From: Guillardia theta CCMP2712 | Lineage: Eukaryota > Protista > Cryptophyta | Direction: 5' to 3' | Assembly (NCBI RefSeq): GCF_000315625.1 | Contig: NW_005434669.1 | Span: 283,238 to 347,237 of the forward strand | Length of the DNA: 64,000 nucleotides | Part shown: in pieces, positions 1-12,829 of the stretch | Layout of the letters: each line of letters opens with the position of its first letter | Position numbering within the stretch: the first letter of the stretch is position 1 | Notes under the pieces: generated by a model | Told to the model about the DNA's origin: nothing | Databases searched by the model: none | The model's input: only the letters and a program-made list of their open reading frames with translations | Made by a program: the position numbers and the translations under genes

Positions 1-2
1 TG

Positions 3-185
3 TCTTCGGACCCCTTCTTCAACAAGCTCATGCTCGACCGCCTTGCTGCGGAGGAGAGCCTTTCCTTCATGCTCCCCTCCTCGGATCCCAACCTTCCCAG
101 GAACTATCATTCCCTCGACATCACCGACAAAGTCCCTTCCTTCCGCATGAGGAAGTCAAAGTTGAGCGACGCCGCGTCTGTGTGA
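3..185 (+). CDS. 3' end of an unidentified protein-coding gene (truncated by window edge)
   Basis: Open frame SSDPFFNKLMLDRLAAEES...KLSDAASV ending in TGA at 183-185, with GC3-rich codons and an AT-richer tract after it. Confidence 0.5.
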   Translation, partial: SSDPFFNKLMLDRLAAEESLSFMLPSSDPNLPRNYHSLDITDKVPSFRMRKSKLSDAASV

Positions 186-399
186 GAGCCAACGACCTTT
201 CTTCTCGACGTTGAGATTTTTGACTTGAGATGTTCTCAACGTTGGATATATTCTTTCAGAACCATGAGTTTTGCTCTATCAACCACCATTTTTGCGATTG
301 GAGCTTATCAATAAATTCTGCTTGTCTTCGAGGCATGCACGAACCTTGTTTGAATTATGTTTTATCATATATTGTTCGTTTGCTTTACATCGATCATCT

Positions 400-1983
400 T
401 CACTGGCAGAGGCCAAGTCGCCGAAACTCATCATCTACAAACTTCTTCACATCAGTCGCGCACTTGTAGAAGACCTGTGTCCACAAGTCAACAAGAAAGA
501 ATGCACGTCGTTCGATCTCACCGATTCTTTTGGGTTGTAAGTTTTGCAGTTATCGCACATCAAGTTGATATCTGCCATGAACATTTCCTTTGTCTCTGTT
601 TCGCCGCTTGTAAGCTCCACAAGACATCTCACGATTCACAAATCTTTGAAACTCACTGTAGAATCCCTTGTCAAGTCGAACCCTCATCGCAGACAAGTCA
701 ATGGGATCTTTGATGACATCGTGATAGTCAGGAACGTCTTCTGCTCTGACCGGCTCAAGAAAGGGCCAGGCTTGATCGTACTGACGTTGTATGTGTCACA
801 GCCCACAGCAAACGAACCGGTTGCACTTCACCTTCGTAGTGTTTGCAAGGATTTCATTCAGAGTTTGCTTCAGCAGTTCAGCGTTGGATTCTCTTTCCTG
901 GACCAAAAGCGTCACAAACAGGAGGGATAAGGAGTAGAGCCAGACAGTCATCAATCCCCGGCCCTGTAGGTGAGATGCAGCGGAAAAACCTGATAAAACT
1001 CAGTCAAATGTCTTTTCAGCGCGGGACCTGATTGCTGAGCGTTGAAACAGGACATTTCATCGGTAAACTTTCAACTCCACATCATCACACCCCTCATGCA
1101 ACAACATGCTGCAAGCCATGTTACCCACCTCCCTCAAGAACGCCCGGAATGCTCTCTAGTTCAATGCTCTGCCAAGGATTTTCAGTCAGAAGCGTGCTCA
1201 GGTATGAGATCTGATGAGAGCCAGGAAGTCTTACATCCTTCCCTTCTTTGAAACAGTTGAGTCCCGGATAAACAATGTCATGCCTGGTCAACTGAGATAT
1301 CTTGTCCTCTACCGCCTTGCGCTGCCGTTTCACCATGGAAGGGATCTCAAGATAATCTATGTGCGGGTTGATGTAACACTCCATGAGCGTTCCGCCCTCA
1401 TAATCTTTGATGTTTGGCGCCCATCTATCTCTATGCATGCTGATCTGCATGTGAAAGCCCTGCTTCTTGAAGTAGCCAATGGCATAGTTATCGGCATATG
1501 TTACAAAGTGGTCCAGGTTGTCCCTTGTCTTACAGTAGTGTTTCGTTTGGTTCATCAATCTCGTGCCATACCCCCTGACTTGCTGTTCTGTGCTCACCGC
1601 ACAAAATGCAATCTCTCCCAACTTCTGCTCGTAGTAAGGACGGTAGCAGATCCCCCCAATGGCCTTCTGGACTCCGTCAACGGTCTTTATAGCACAGATA
1701 GACTTGTGGTTTTTGTCGAAGACGAGACGAACGATGTACTCCTTGGGCATCTTAGGGAGCTGCGTCCCAAAGATTTCCTTCAGCTCGCACAGAAATCGAA
1801 GGCTTGTGGGTCTGCCATCGTTCCACACACACTTGAAATGCAAAATCCCTGCTTCCTCCTCCTGCTTTGCTGTGAAGTCTCTGGATTTGATCTCTGCCTC
1901 TTCCGCCGTCGCTGTACCTGCTACTGCTCCTGCTCCTGCTCCTGCTCCTGCAACCCCTGATGCTGCTACCATTCCTACTGTAG

Positions 1984-2057
<74 letters not shown>

Positions 2058-2086
2058 TCAGTCCTCCCTCGCTTGTTGTCGGACAT
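400..2086 (-). CDS. GCN5: Histone acetyltransferase GCN5/PCAF (GNAT domain + C-terminal bromodomain), multi-exon
   Basis: Motifs QLPKMPKEYIVRLVFD, EIAFCAV, QQVRGYGTRLMN, TYADNYAIGYFKKQGF, IKDYEGGTLMEC. Downstream exons give bromodomain AWPFLEPVRAEDVPDYHDVIKDPI and MFMADINLMCDNCKTYN. Stop after ...RRLGLCQ. Confidence 0.95.
1925..2056 (-). repeat. (GGAGCA)n hexamer repeats encoding Gly-Ala runs in the GCN5 N-terminus
   Basis: gctcct tandem repeats at about 1925-1950 and 1985-2056, translated as GAGAGA. Confidence 0.9.
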
Positions 2087-2509
2087 GGGCGGGCAGGCTA
2101 GAGGAGATCGCTTACCAAACTCTCTTATCTTACCCCTACCATCACCTACCCCCACCCCCTTCATAAAGTTTCTCAGTATCTTCGATACTGAGAAATCACC
2201 CCTACTCACATTTCATAACCCCTCCCCATCAAACTAATTATACCCGTTACGGTCGTTACACATGCCCTTGGCCGGGAACTTCACTGCTGAGTGCGTCCCG
2301 GAGTCCGAGTCCGGGCCGGTTTCCGACCGTTCAAGGGCCGGGACCCGGGCTCCCGGTCCAGGCCAGCTCAGCCTGCAGTGGCGGCTGAGAGCGGCCCCCG
2401 TCATCGCCGGGCATGAGTTTCAGCCTACGGTGGAGAACGATCTCAAAAGGAGAACTTTTACTATGATGATTACTTTTAACGGTGCATTCACCACCATCCG
2501 TTTTTACTT

Positions 2510-5000
2510 TTAACAGCGGCGTGATGATTTACATAATCGGGCCGCCACGGTACTTGGCCTCAGTATTGAGGCTAGCTGGTCAAATTGAACCGCAACCATC
2601 AGGCTTGGCGGCTTGCTGGTCACGAGCCAGAGTTTGCGCTGGAGTTGCTCGTCTGCCCCTCTGACTTGGGTCTCAGCCCTGCCGGAAGCCGTCAGCTCCA
2701 CCACAGCAAGTCACCAGCAGTTGGGCCCACCTGTAAGCTCTTCGATCTGCTTCCAGAACTCTCCGATGGAGTTCAAGGCTCCTGCGAGAAGATGAGGAGG
2801 GAGGAGGGAGAAACGAAGGAGAGCAAGCAAGGAGCCAGTCGAGGAGGGCAAGAACTCTCTTGTTTTGGTCTCCTGCAGATCTCTCTTGAAACTAAGAGAG
2901 GGAAGGAGGTAGATGGGAAGATGGAAGGGCCTGAAGAGAATGTTGTGTACCTTCCAGCGGCTCCGGTTCCTTGGGCGATTCTGCCTCGGCCTCCCCTTGG
3001 GTGTTTGCAACATTTTTGTCTTCGGTATTGCCAGTGACTGGAACAGGATGAGGCAAAAGCGACTCACAACCGTCATCATCAACCTCCTGTATGCTTGTGG
3101 CTCGTCGCTTCTTCGTAATCAGGAAGAGCCTCGCCTGCATATGCTGCACCTCCTGCTTCGCCCCTTGAATATTCTACTGCCCCATCTCCATGGTCAAGTA
3201 CTGAAAGGAAGACGTAAGAATGACGCTCGGTGAAGATCTCTCCGTGGTGATAGGAAGTGCCACGTCAGCAAACTAAGATCATCGCACTAAGGCACAAGGA
3301 CACCAAGGGCGGACAAAGAGAGGGGGAGCCGAGCACTCAGACCTGCAAGTTCAGCACTTACGACTGGGTCTGCTGGGTCCTCTCCTTCCTCCTCCAAGGG
3401 AGCCTCGAAGTCGTCAAATCCCTTCTCCACATCCTTCTGCTTCTTCGTGCTGCTGGCACCCCCTGAGCTGAACGCGCTTCCACTGCAGCAGGAGCAGCAG
3501 AAATACTGCAGCAAGAGTGAAAAGTCCGTGCTAGCAGACGAGGAGCGGTTACCTGGTAGAAGAAGACGATGATACCGGCTGCTGCGTAGGGGATGCCGAT
3601 AGTCAAGAAGAAGTTCTGCAAAATTCGATAAATTTCGTGATTCTGAAACATCAAGGCAAAGGGATGGTACCTTGGCTATGCCACAAACAGAGTCAACGCC
3701 CTGGCAGGCCACGTTGATGTCGCACTGCATAGCAACAAGTTGTTAGTTGAACGATCAATTGTCAGACTCTCAGTGGTTACTGACATTGAGCCCGCTGATC
3801 TTAATATCTGAGGAGGTTGTGCAGACTGAAAACAACACGATCAGAACTGACAGCGGGACAAGAGCTGGGACAGAGCGAACCGGAATTACGAAATTCTTTG
3901 CAAATATCCTCGATGAGAATCCTCGCAATGATCAAGAGAACACCGAAGGCAAGGTAAGGCAGCCAGAGCAAGATGCTGAAGACAGACACACAAACGATGA
4001 GACTTGGCAGCAACTTCAGGCCTGTCAGGAATATCAGCGACCGAGGGAGCAAGATGGAACTATATTCCAGTGAAAATAGGGTATCGAATGGTTGGGTAGA
4101 GAGAATACAGCGGAGAGTGGAGTGGAGAGGAGAAGAGAGGGAAGTCAGAGCAAGGATGGAGGACAATAGCTGAGATGGACCTGCCAAGAGCGCAGGAACG
4201 GCGATAAATACAATCACGATTCCCCCACCAGCACACCCAATAAGGAGCACTACCATCTTGACAGATTCCTCCACATCGGCAGCCTTGGGATCTTTCTGGA
4301 TCTCATATTTGCACTGGGAGTACAAGTATCCATGATCTGTGTACTTGGCCTTGTAGATTGGAGTGTTTGAAGACACTACGATGCTCTTGATCTGCGCCTC
4401 CGAGCTGAAGAGAAATGTCAGGAACAAGGTTAATGCGGCAGGAGAACGCTCGTTACCATGCCTTCCACGTAGTCTCGGCAGCAGTCATATAGACAGGGTA
4501 AGGTCCAGAGCACGTTTTCTCTACCTGAGAGACATCCAAGTTGGCAGGCACAATCGGGCTCGCGTTTGAATCAGGACACAGATCCTTGCATGTGGCAGTC
4601 CTGCAGGTCGCGTTCACCTTCATATGTTGTCAAGCTAGAAGCGAAGGAAAACGGTCTCCCCTACCACGACGTCGTCGCAGTACGGCAACACATAACTGGC
4701 CTTGGCATCTGAGCAGCTGTACATGAATTCAACACTTTTGTAGCAAGCAGTGTTCATCGTTCGTGTCCAGATCTTGGAATGGTAGATACCATATCCGATC
4801 AGCACGCCGCCTGCTCCCATCAGCAGGATGCTAAAGACAACGGCAGAGATCCTGCAGCATGGGCTGTCCTGCGATCTCTTACTTGCTTGGGGAGCAAGGA
4901 CCTCGCTGGGCTCGAGCACTTGCGCCTCGGGCATGGTGGACAGTTCTACTTGCACGTCCTGGGGCGTCTCTTCTCCTTCCTGACGTTGCTCTGTGTCCAT
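2510..5000 (-). CDS. Uncharacterised multi-exon 4-TM membrane protein with Cys-rich loops and a long C-terminal tail (ends approximate)
   Basis: Spliced reading gives four hydrophobic segments: ISAVVFSILLMGAGGVLIGYGIY, MVVLLIGCAGGGIVIVFIAVPALL, LIVCVSVFSILLWLPYLAFGVLLII and FFLTIGIPYAAAGIIVFF, followed by CCSCC. Extra upstream exons to about 5420 are possible. Confidence 0.6.
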
Positions 5001-6294
5001 TCTTACTCACCCAAAGAACCTACAACGTGCAAGTCACAAAGATCAGCACTGATCACATTCACGTCTCCCGTATCCTCTTCTTCTCAGTGGGTACAGACAG
5101 GATTGGTACCCTCTGTATGCCTCGTCGGGACACTGGCCACATACAGGATACTGCCGCTGGTGTCCTTCCTCTTCATGACACTCATCTTTCCTCGAGCTCT
5201 GAGCCTCTCAAAGAAACCTCATTTGCTAGCCCTCCCAATGCCATCTCCATTACTTTGAGAAAACAACCCACCAATGCTTTTTCACAACGCCGCACCCTGA
5301 CATCGCAGCAACACTATCTCTTGCCCACTCCCCATCATCCCTGCATCTTCTCTCCTGTCGCAGCCTGTCATACTCAGACTCTTCATCGTTTCTAAGACGC
5401 CTGCCCCCTCCCATTCCCTTCGCTTCAAAGAGGCTCGTCGACATCCTCGGCTCCGAGTTTGCATGTCTCGCTACCACCCCCGCTCTGATGCATGCACTTT
5501 GTGGCTGGACCCCTAGTTAGTCAATTATGAACGCAAAGACCCCACCCATGCTACTAGATCACCCGTACAACTACCATCAATAATATAGAATTAGTACGGG
5601 TACTTTGATCACCTACCCGTACGTACGCTTTCGGTTCGGAAGTGTACCCTATGTTTGCAGGCCTATTGGACCCCTACCCCCTGTACTAGTGAATATCTGC
5701 CCCTTCGTAATACTAATAAATTGTGTACAAAAAATGTCATCCACCACCACCGGTCATACCTCCCACCCCTTGAACAATGACCACACCCACGCTCTTACCA
5801 CCATTCACCCCTGATTTTGTAGACATCTGTGCACCATTAAGTGACAGGTACCCCTGGCACTGCAACACTGAATAGGGTAGGCATGCAGTGGGTAGTTGAC
5901 AAGGGACCGTTGCATGCACAGGCTTTCGGGAGTCACTGCTTACATCACTGAAGCTGCTAGTCGGGCCGCCGCCGCCGCCGGGCGCCGGGCGGGCGGGCCC
6001 CGCGGCAGGATACTTGAAGGTTGGTTGTTGGTGTCTTTTCTCTTCAAGGCTCGCCCGGCCGTCTGGCCTGTGCGACAGCCTGAGTGTCAGGGTCAAGCCT
6101 CCTCGACTCTCCTGATCGGATTGTCCTCGTAGTGATCTTTGACTTTGAGTAAAAAAGTGTGTACTGCCTTCAAACTTTGAGTAAAAGAGTGTGTACTGAT
6201 TTTAACTTAACTTGGAGTTAAAGGGTATGAGTGGGGCTGAGGGTAAACTGGAGGAGTTTTTTTTAACTTAACTTTGAGTAAAGAGGGAAGGGTC

Positions 6295-8123
6295 ATGGCA
6301 GGCGAGCCAGCGGGGGGGGGCGGCGGCGGCGGCGGAGCAGGAGGAGGAGGAGAAGGCAGAGGGGATGGGATGACAGGGAGGAATGGTGGAGAGCGGGACC
6401 CTCTGCTCCAACATGGGAGGGAAGCCTCGGCTAGCAAAGAGGAGGAGTCCTTCACCTACGACGTGTTCCTGCTGTGTATTATCACAGCGCTCCTTTTCGC
6501 CGACCAGAACTTAATGGCGCCGAATCTGACTCAGATAGCGAGAGATTTTGGATTCTCAGATGAAGAAAGGGACACGAAACTTGGAGGAGAGATTGCCCTG
6601 GGGTTCTTCGTGCTCGGGGGTCCCGTAGCGCTGGCCATTGGCTACCTTGCTGATATGATGCCGAGGAAGATGCTGTTCGTGACTGTCGTGTTTCTGGGCG
6701 AGATTCCGTAAGTTCTTGTTTGAACTCTATCTACTTGCACGTGTGGCACATTCATCAGCTCAGCAAGAAGCTTGTCTACTTTCCTTGTCTTCCTGACATT
6801 TCTACAGGTGTTTGCTCACGATCTTCGTGACGGAGTACTGGCAGCTGTTCATCCTCCGAGCGATGACAGGCATCGCGATAGGAGGTGCCCCTCCTCTCAT
6901 CTTTAGCCTCCTCGGCGACATGTACGGCATTAAGAGCAGAACTCATCTGTCAGCATCGATCATGGCAGTAGCGGCAGTCGGAGTTTCTTTGGGCCAGCTT
7001 GTTAGTGGGCTTGTGGGCCCGACGTACGGCTGGAGGACGCCGTTCCTGATCATCGCTGTCCCTGCTATCCTGCTGAACTTTCTCTTCTGGTTCACATTTG
7101 TTGAGCCGAGGAGAGGGTACGCAGACCTGAAGCAGATGGGCCCTTCCAGCGAGATCACCGAGTACGAGGAGAGGATCTCATGGGGCAAGGCGATCGGGAT
7201 CTTTACGGTCCCTACCAACATCATCATCTTCTTACAGGGAATCCCAGGCTGTTTGCCGTGGGCAGTGACCATCACGTTTCTCAACGACTACCTGGCACAG
7301 GAGAAGAAGATGACTGTCGAGCACAGCACTATCGTCGTGACCTGCTACAACCTTGGGATCCTTGGAGGGGTCATCTTCGGCGGGGTCGTTGGCCAGCTCA
7401 TCTACAACATCAAGACTTCCTTCATCGCCATCCTGATGGGAGTGACCACTTTCCTAGGGATCTTTCCTCTCCTCTGGCTCATCTATCTTCCTGTACCCAC
7501 ACCACCATTGCTGGAGATCATTGCCGTCGCTCTTATTGGCGGCCTGTTCACTGGCGTGACAGGTGTTTCACATTCTCAGTCGGTGCCCCGGTAGTGACTA
7601 GACTTGTACAGGGCCTTGCATACGAGCTGTGCTGCTGAATGTGAACATGCCGGAGACGCGAGGGTCAGCTCAGGCGCTCCTCACGCTGACAGACGACCTT
7701 GGGAAAGGGTTGGGCCCTCTCTTCATGGCGGTGAGGAAGCGAGGTGTGAAGGACTTGAGGCGTCGTTGATGGGCGTGCAGTTGTTGATCATCGGGCTTCA
7801 CGGCAGGCTGGTGGCCATGTCCATCGCTGTGTTCTTTGGGTTCGGTCCCCTTGCTGTTGGGATCTATGTTGCTGATAGAGTTTCGTTTACCAACAGATGG
7901 CTGCTGTGCAGTATCTTGCTCTGCACCCTCTTCTTCACCATCGAGGCAGACCAGGTGAAATGAAAACCTCCTGGCGAAAGGTACTGATTGCTCCTGCGAT
8001 GCACACAGGCTAATGCCCTCCATCGGCTCGAGGTGTCTTTTCTCTGCTATTCCTCTAATGCTTTTCTGACTCTTGTTTCCGATGCAGTCCGGCAAGGGCG
8101 CACGGAAGCTTTGTTTGCCATGA
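6295..8123 (+). CDS. Major facilitator superfamily transporter (spinster-like), multi-exon
   Basis: LLFADQNLMAPNL, GYLADMMPRK (motif A), LFILRAMTGIAIGG, YGWRTPF and many TM helices. GT-AG introns, e.g. 6708-6807. Confidence 0.9.
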
Positions 8124-8314
8124 TCTTGAAGTTATATCTAGACACAGATATTATACTTGCCCCGATGACGTTCTTCTTCCGTGCCCAGCACTTACAAGAT
8201 GGTTCCACAATGTTAGTTTGACAATTTCTATGAACTCTATGAACTCAGTACTCTTTTTCAATCATCATCTCTTATCATTCAAGTAATTGGGTTTTGCACG
8301 AATGCAAAGCTTGT

Positions 8315-10546
8315 TCACTTCAAGCGAAGTCTTCTGACCCCGAGACGCGCGACATTGAAGCTGAAAGCGACATCCGGAGGGATTGAGTCGGAGCCGGTCT
8401 GAAATCGTTGTACGAATAGTACGTGGGTTTCAGGTAGGACGCGCTTGAGGAGCTGTAATACAAGCTTGAGCTCGAGCTCTGTCAAAATGTCACTGGAATC
8501 ACAACGCTCTGACTCGCTGACCGTGACTTCCGGGAGTTTGGGAGGTGAAACTTGGAACGCGTGGATGTGCGCAGGATCCAAGGCCATGCTGGAGAAGAAG
8601 GAAGAATGAACCATGTCAAGAGATGGGATGATGTCGTTGAGCTGCTGGATCTGAATCTCCTGAGCCTGAAAGAGCATGAGAACAATCATCTCCACACATG
8701 CCGTCGACCTTGATTGCTTCCTTGATCGCCACGTGACCCTGATGCAGCCGTTGCCTCAAGAACACATGATGATCGGACTCCATGTCTGTACTCTCTTGCA
8801 CCAGGGACGATAGCTTGTCATTGGCATCTCTCAGCCTGTGCTCGATCTCCATCACCGCGTTCCTCTCATCTTGGAACTCCTGTCATAAGGAAGAGTAAGC
8901 CGGGAGTGTTTCAGTGTCGCAACGTTGCCTTTTCCAGTTGTCTTTTCTTGTTGTCCAGAGCATTGAGCTCTACCACACTTCTTTGATGCAGATCATCGAA
9001 GATGGCACTTCTTTCAACATCTTGCTTTTGAAGCCTCTCATTTTCTCGCTGCGCTGAACATCAAAAGCTTTGAATCCATGAAGTCGTTTGCTACCTTCAT
9101 GCGATTGTAGTGTTCAATGATCTCGTCCCTAGTGCTCTCAGCCTCCCTTGATCGTTCTCTGCTCCGTTCCAACATCGTTTCAAACCTCGCCATATCCTCT
9201 CGTCTGGCATTCAGTTCTGCTTCCAGGTTTGCAGTTCGTGCATCATGTTGAAAATTCTCCAGCTGCAAACGAGAGTCAGCACATTGTCGCACATCAAGAA
9301 CCATTCATGCAACCTTTGAGGAAAGCATCTCGATCTCCTGTCGAAGGTAGGATATCTCTCTCTCGTACTTGGAGAAGTCAACTTGAACCCTCTTCTTCGG
9401 CGGGGGACTGCAACATCGCAAGGAGTCAGTTGCAGAACTCAACACCAACCATACGACACCTGTGTGGATTTCCACGGAGCAACTCGACCTCGTAGATGTA
9501 ATCAGACTCTACCTGTCTGTCCCCTTCATAAGCTCCTTTTCTGCGGAAACCAAGGAGAACTTTGGTTCCAGGTTGGCCTGAATTATCCAGTCAGACTGAG
9601 CAAGGGCTGCCATTGAAGGAGCAACCCAGAACTCTCTCTCGAACGTCTTCGAGAGGTGTCTCAAAGTCAACCATGAAGTCATCGACCCGAAGGAGCTGTG
9701 ACAGGCATTCACAACTCCCATTCGAGCAAGCAAGCATGCATGCGCTCTACCTCATCATAGATTGCAATCCGTCCATCCAGCGCTGATGAGCTGTGGGAAG
9801 GCAACGGATCAACCGAGCATCGCACGACAGCTTCCTCACCTGTTGGGCAGCAGGTTTGCGACATAGATCCAACCACTGGATTCTTGTTGAAAGAAGATCC
9901 CTGATTACATCGGCAACCGCATTTAAGGACACAAGACAAGAACATGAAGTAATGATCACCTACGCCCGACCGCTTCTGACCAGTTCTGGCATCCACTACG
10001 TTGAGATCTTTGTCCAGAGGCTCACCCACAGTTTGCAATCGAGCATACTGATTGGTAGTAACAGTCAGTTAGTGAAACCGTCCCACCCAACGTCCCTCCT
10101 GTGCAGTACATTCACTCCACCTGTCCATCATGCGTGATCGTAATCGGTCCTGACGCGTTCCCCAAAGGAGACTTGGACCTCCTGAGGGCCGGAGATAGAC
10201 TTCTCTGTAGGATCTAGTCAGAGAATCCCCCCTCCCTCCCTCCCTCCCTCCCTCCCTCCCTTACCACACGAGGAGATTGTGATCTCTCTTTCTTCCTGCC
10301 CGGCGAGGGTGCTGAGGCTCTGCCAGGCCTTGCAGGAGATGGGGATACGGGCCTATGGCTGAAAGGGACGGTGACAGTGGTAGGAAACAGCACAGGACTC
10401 GAGTGCTGGGGCGGGAGAACAGGAGGAGGAAGCACGGCTCCCTCGAAGGGGACCATCTGAGGGGAGAGACGGTAGCCGGAGGGCGACAGGTGCGCGGAGT
10501 CGACGGGAAGCATGTAAGGAGGCGAAGCCATACCGCGGCTGAACAA
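8315..10546 (-). CDS. Pro-rich N-terminus + PDZ domain + coiled-coil protein (ends approximate)
   Basis: Joining short exons over 9970-9480 gives SGVGIFFQQESSGWIYVANLLPNSSSALDGRIAIYDELLRVDDFMVDFETPLEDVRERVLGQPGTKVLLGFRR, a PDZ pattern. E/R/L-rich heptad exons follow. Confidence 0.75.
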
Positions 10547-11519
10547 GTCAGGCCAATCCCCTAGTGTCCCTATTTCGAAGGGGTGGGGTAGTGAAAGTTT
10601 GAGTCATCCTCCCAGGAGGGACGCCGGGTGGGATTTATGAGACCACGGGTCCATTGCCCTATCCAAATAGGGGTGATCATTTTCAAGGGCCGCGGCCAGT
10701 ACCGGTACCCGGAGGGGTGGGGTAGTCATTCCGGGAAGGGAGCCGGCAGGATCGAAAGCAGGTGGTCTCTTGAAACTGCCGCCAGGCCAGCAGGATGAGA
10801 AGGGTGGGGTACTTCAGCAGTCAGATGGAGGGGTGAAGATTGACTTCAGACCGGACTGATCGGATTTTCAATGACTCGGGCGGCGCCGGGCCGACACAAC
10901 GGAACGTAACTGAATTGTAACGGTGAATGGACGACGAAGAGACACGGCGAGGTGACAGGCATCATGGCTAAGAACATGCACCAGAGGTAAGAGATGCGAT
11001 GGAGGAGAGGAAGCGATGGAAGCGGAGGGGGAGGAGGCGGAAGAGGGAGCAGAGAGAGGAGAGGAGGAGAGGGAGCAGAGGGAGGAGGGGGAGGACGAGA
11101 CGGGACGGGACAGGACGGTAGGAAATGTACAAGGAGGGGGAGGAGGTGAATAAGTCAAGAGCAGAAGCAAGAGTGTAGTATGAATCAGTGAGGGAAGAGG
11201 GGAAGTCGAACGGGTTGGGATATGAATCAAAGAAATTCCTATGGTCCATTGCATCGCAACCTTGTATGATGTAGGGGAAGCAGTTGATGTATTCCTATTT
11301 GCACTCGGGGGTGTTTATTTGTCACTAGAGACATCAGAATAGTGGGCGCAGATTGAGATGGAAAACAATGAATTGGAAGATTAAAAGTTAGAGTATTGGA
11401 CATGATGCGATAGACATGATGAGATAGGCACACGATGTTGAAGATCGAGTTGTTTCGCGTGATGGGAGATGTTCCATTGCAAGATGGGCTCCAAAGAGCT
11501 GCTATGATCAGCAATTGAT

Positions 11520-12634
11520 ATGTCAACCATACTTATTCGTCGTGACAGACTTGCCGGGCCTGCATTGATTGTCGCCCTTGGCCTTTGCGTGGTGGTTGGG
11601 ATCTTGGTCACCTTTGGACCTACTGCGGCTCCTTCGGAGCTCCTTTCCCAAGCGCGTCACAACCACAAGATGCACAGGATGCACAAGAACGGACTTGGTC
11701 TCAAGCACAATGACTTGGCTTTGTTGGAGGACGCCATGCACCAGCAGGCGAAGGAAAAGCATCGCGCTTGCATCAAGGAGTGCGAGGATTCTGCTTGCAG
11801 GCACAAGTGCCACACTGCTCTCTCCCTCCACGCCGCCTCTGCGCACCACAACGTGACGGTTGTTGAGGTCGTGCCTGATGACTGACATGCCGCAACAGCA
11901 CAAGTCTGCCAGCCTCCACTTGAAGAAGGCAGACCTCAAGCTCCTCCAGGATGCGCAGCAGGCCAGGCACGAGGATGAAGTGAAGCACTGCGAGAAGTGC
12001 ATCACCAGCGAGTGCAAGGCCAGCTGCAAGCAGACTCTCCGCAGCCTCAAGGCCCAACCCCATGCTGCCAAGCATCAGGTCAATCTGGGACTCAAGGCTG
12101 ACGACATGGCGCTGTTGAAGGTCCGGCTTGCGAATCCTGACGGGATGTACTCACTGTTGCATTAGGATGCGCAGAAGAGGCAGGCCAAGGAAGAAGCCAA
12201 GCACATGTACATGCAGGTGCGATCTTACAAAGTTTTGGAGATGAATTGGATGCTCCTGATCTGCTTGGAATTCACATGAGGTGGCAGAACTCCGACCGCA
12301 AGGCGCTCAAGTCCAAGAGAAGCTCATTGAACGCTATCGACGAGGTCAACCATCAGGTAACTCTACTGCTCGAGTGATGAGTCCTGAATGCTCAAAGCCT
12401 GGGGATGATGGCAACGGCGATTGGGCGCCGGGCATGAGAAGCTCTGCCATGCAGGTGAGGGACTATAGAAAACAACTTTTGCGTCGTGGTGAAGTGTCTG
12501 TCGCAGCAACTCAAGCAGGAGCAGAGGGATGCAGCCAAGGTTAATGCATTTTCCCGCTCGTCTCGACGCTGACTTGATGCCAGACTGCCAAGTTTGCCTA
12601 TGACACGGACAACGACGACTCTTGGTCCAACTAA
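11520..12634 (+). CDS. N-terminally anchored protein with Cx3Cx4Cx3C-like hairpins and three helical repeats
   Basis: TM ALIVALGLCVVVGILVTF; HRACIKECEDSACRHKCH; HCEKCITSECKASCKQ; repeated LxLKxxD(L/M)xLLxDA. Short introns; ends ...DTDNDDSWSN*. Confidence 0.7.
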
Positions 12635-12829
12635 ACAGCCGTTGAGAGACGAGAGAAAGTCTGGGTAGAGTCATTCGAAACTAAGAATGTCATGTGGAAC
12701 TAGCAGATCTTTTCGATTTCATCATCTTATTTCACTGCATGCTTGCAACGCCTCCCTCTACGTCTTCCCGATGTAGTCAGGCTCTCATAAAGTTGAAGAG
12801 ACGGCGATGACCATCAACCATGATGCCAT

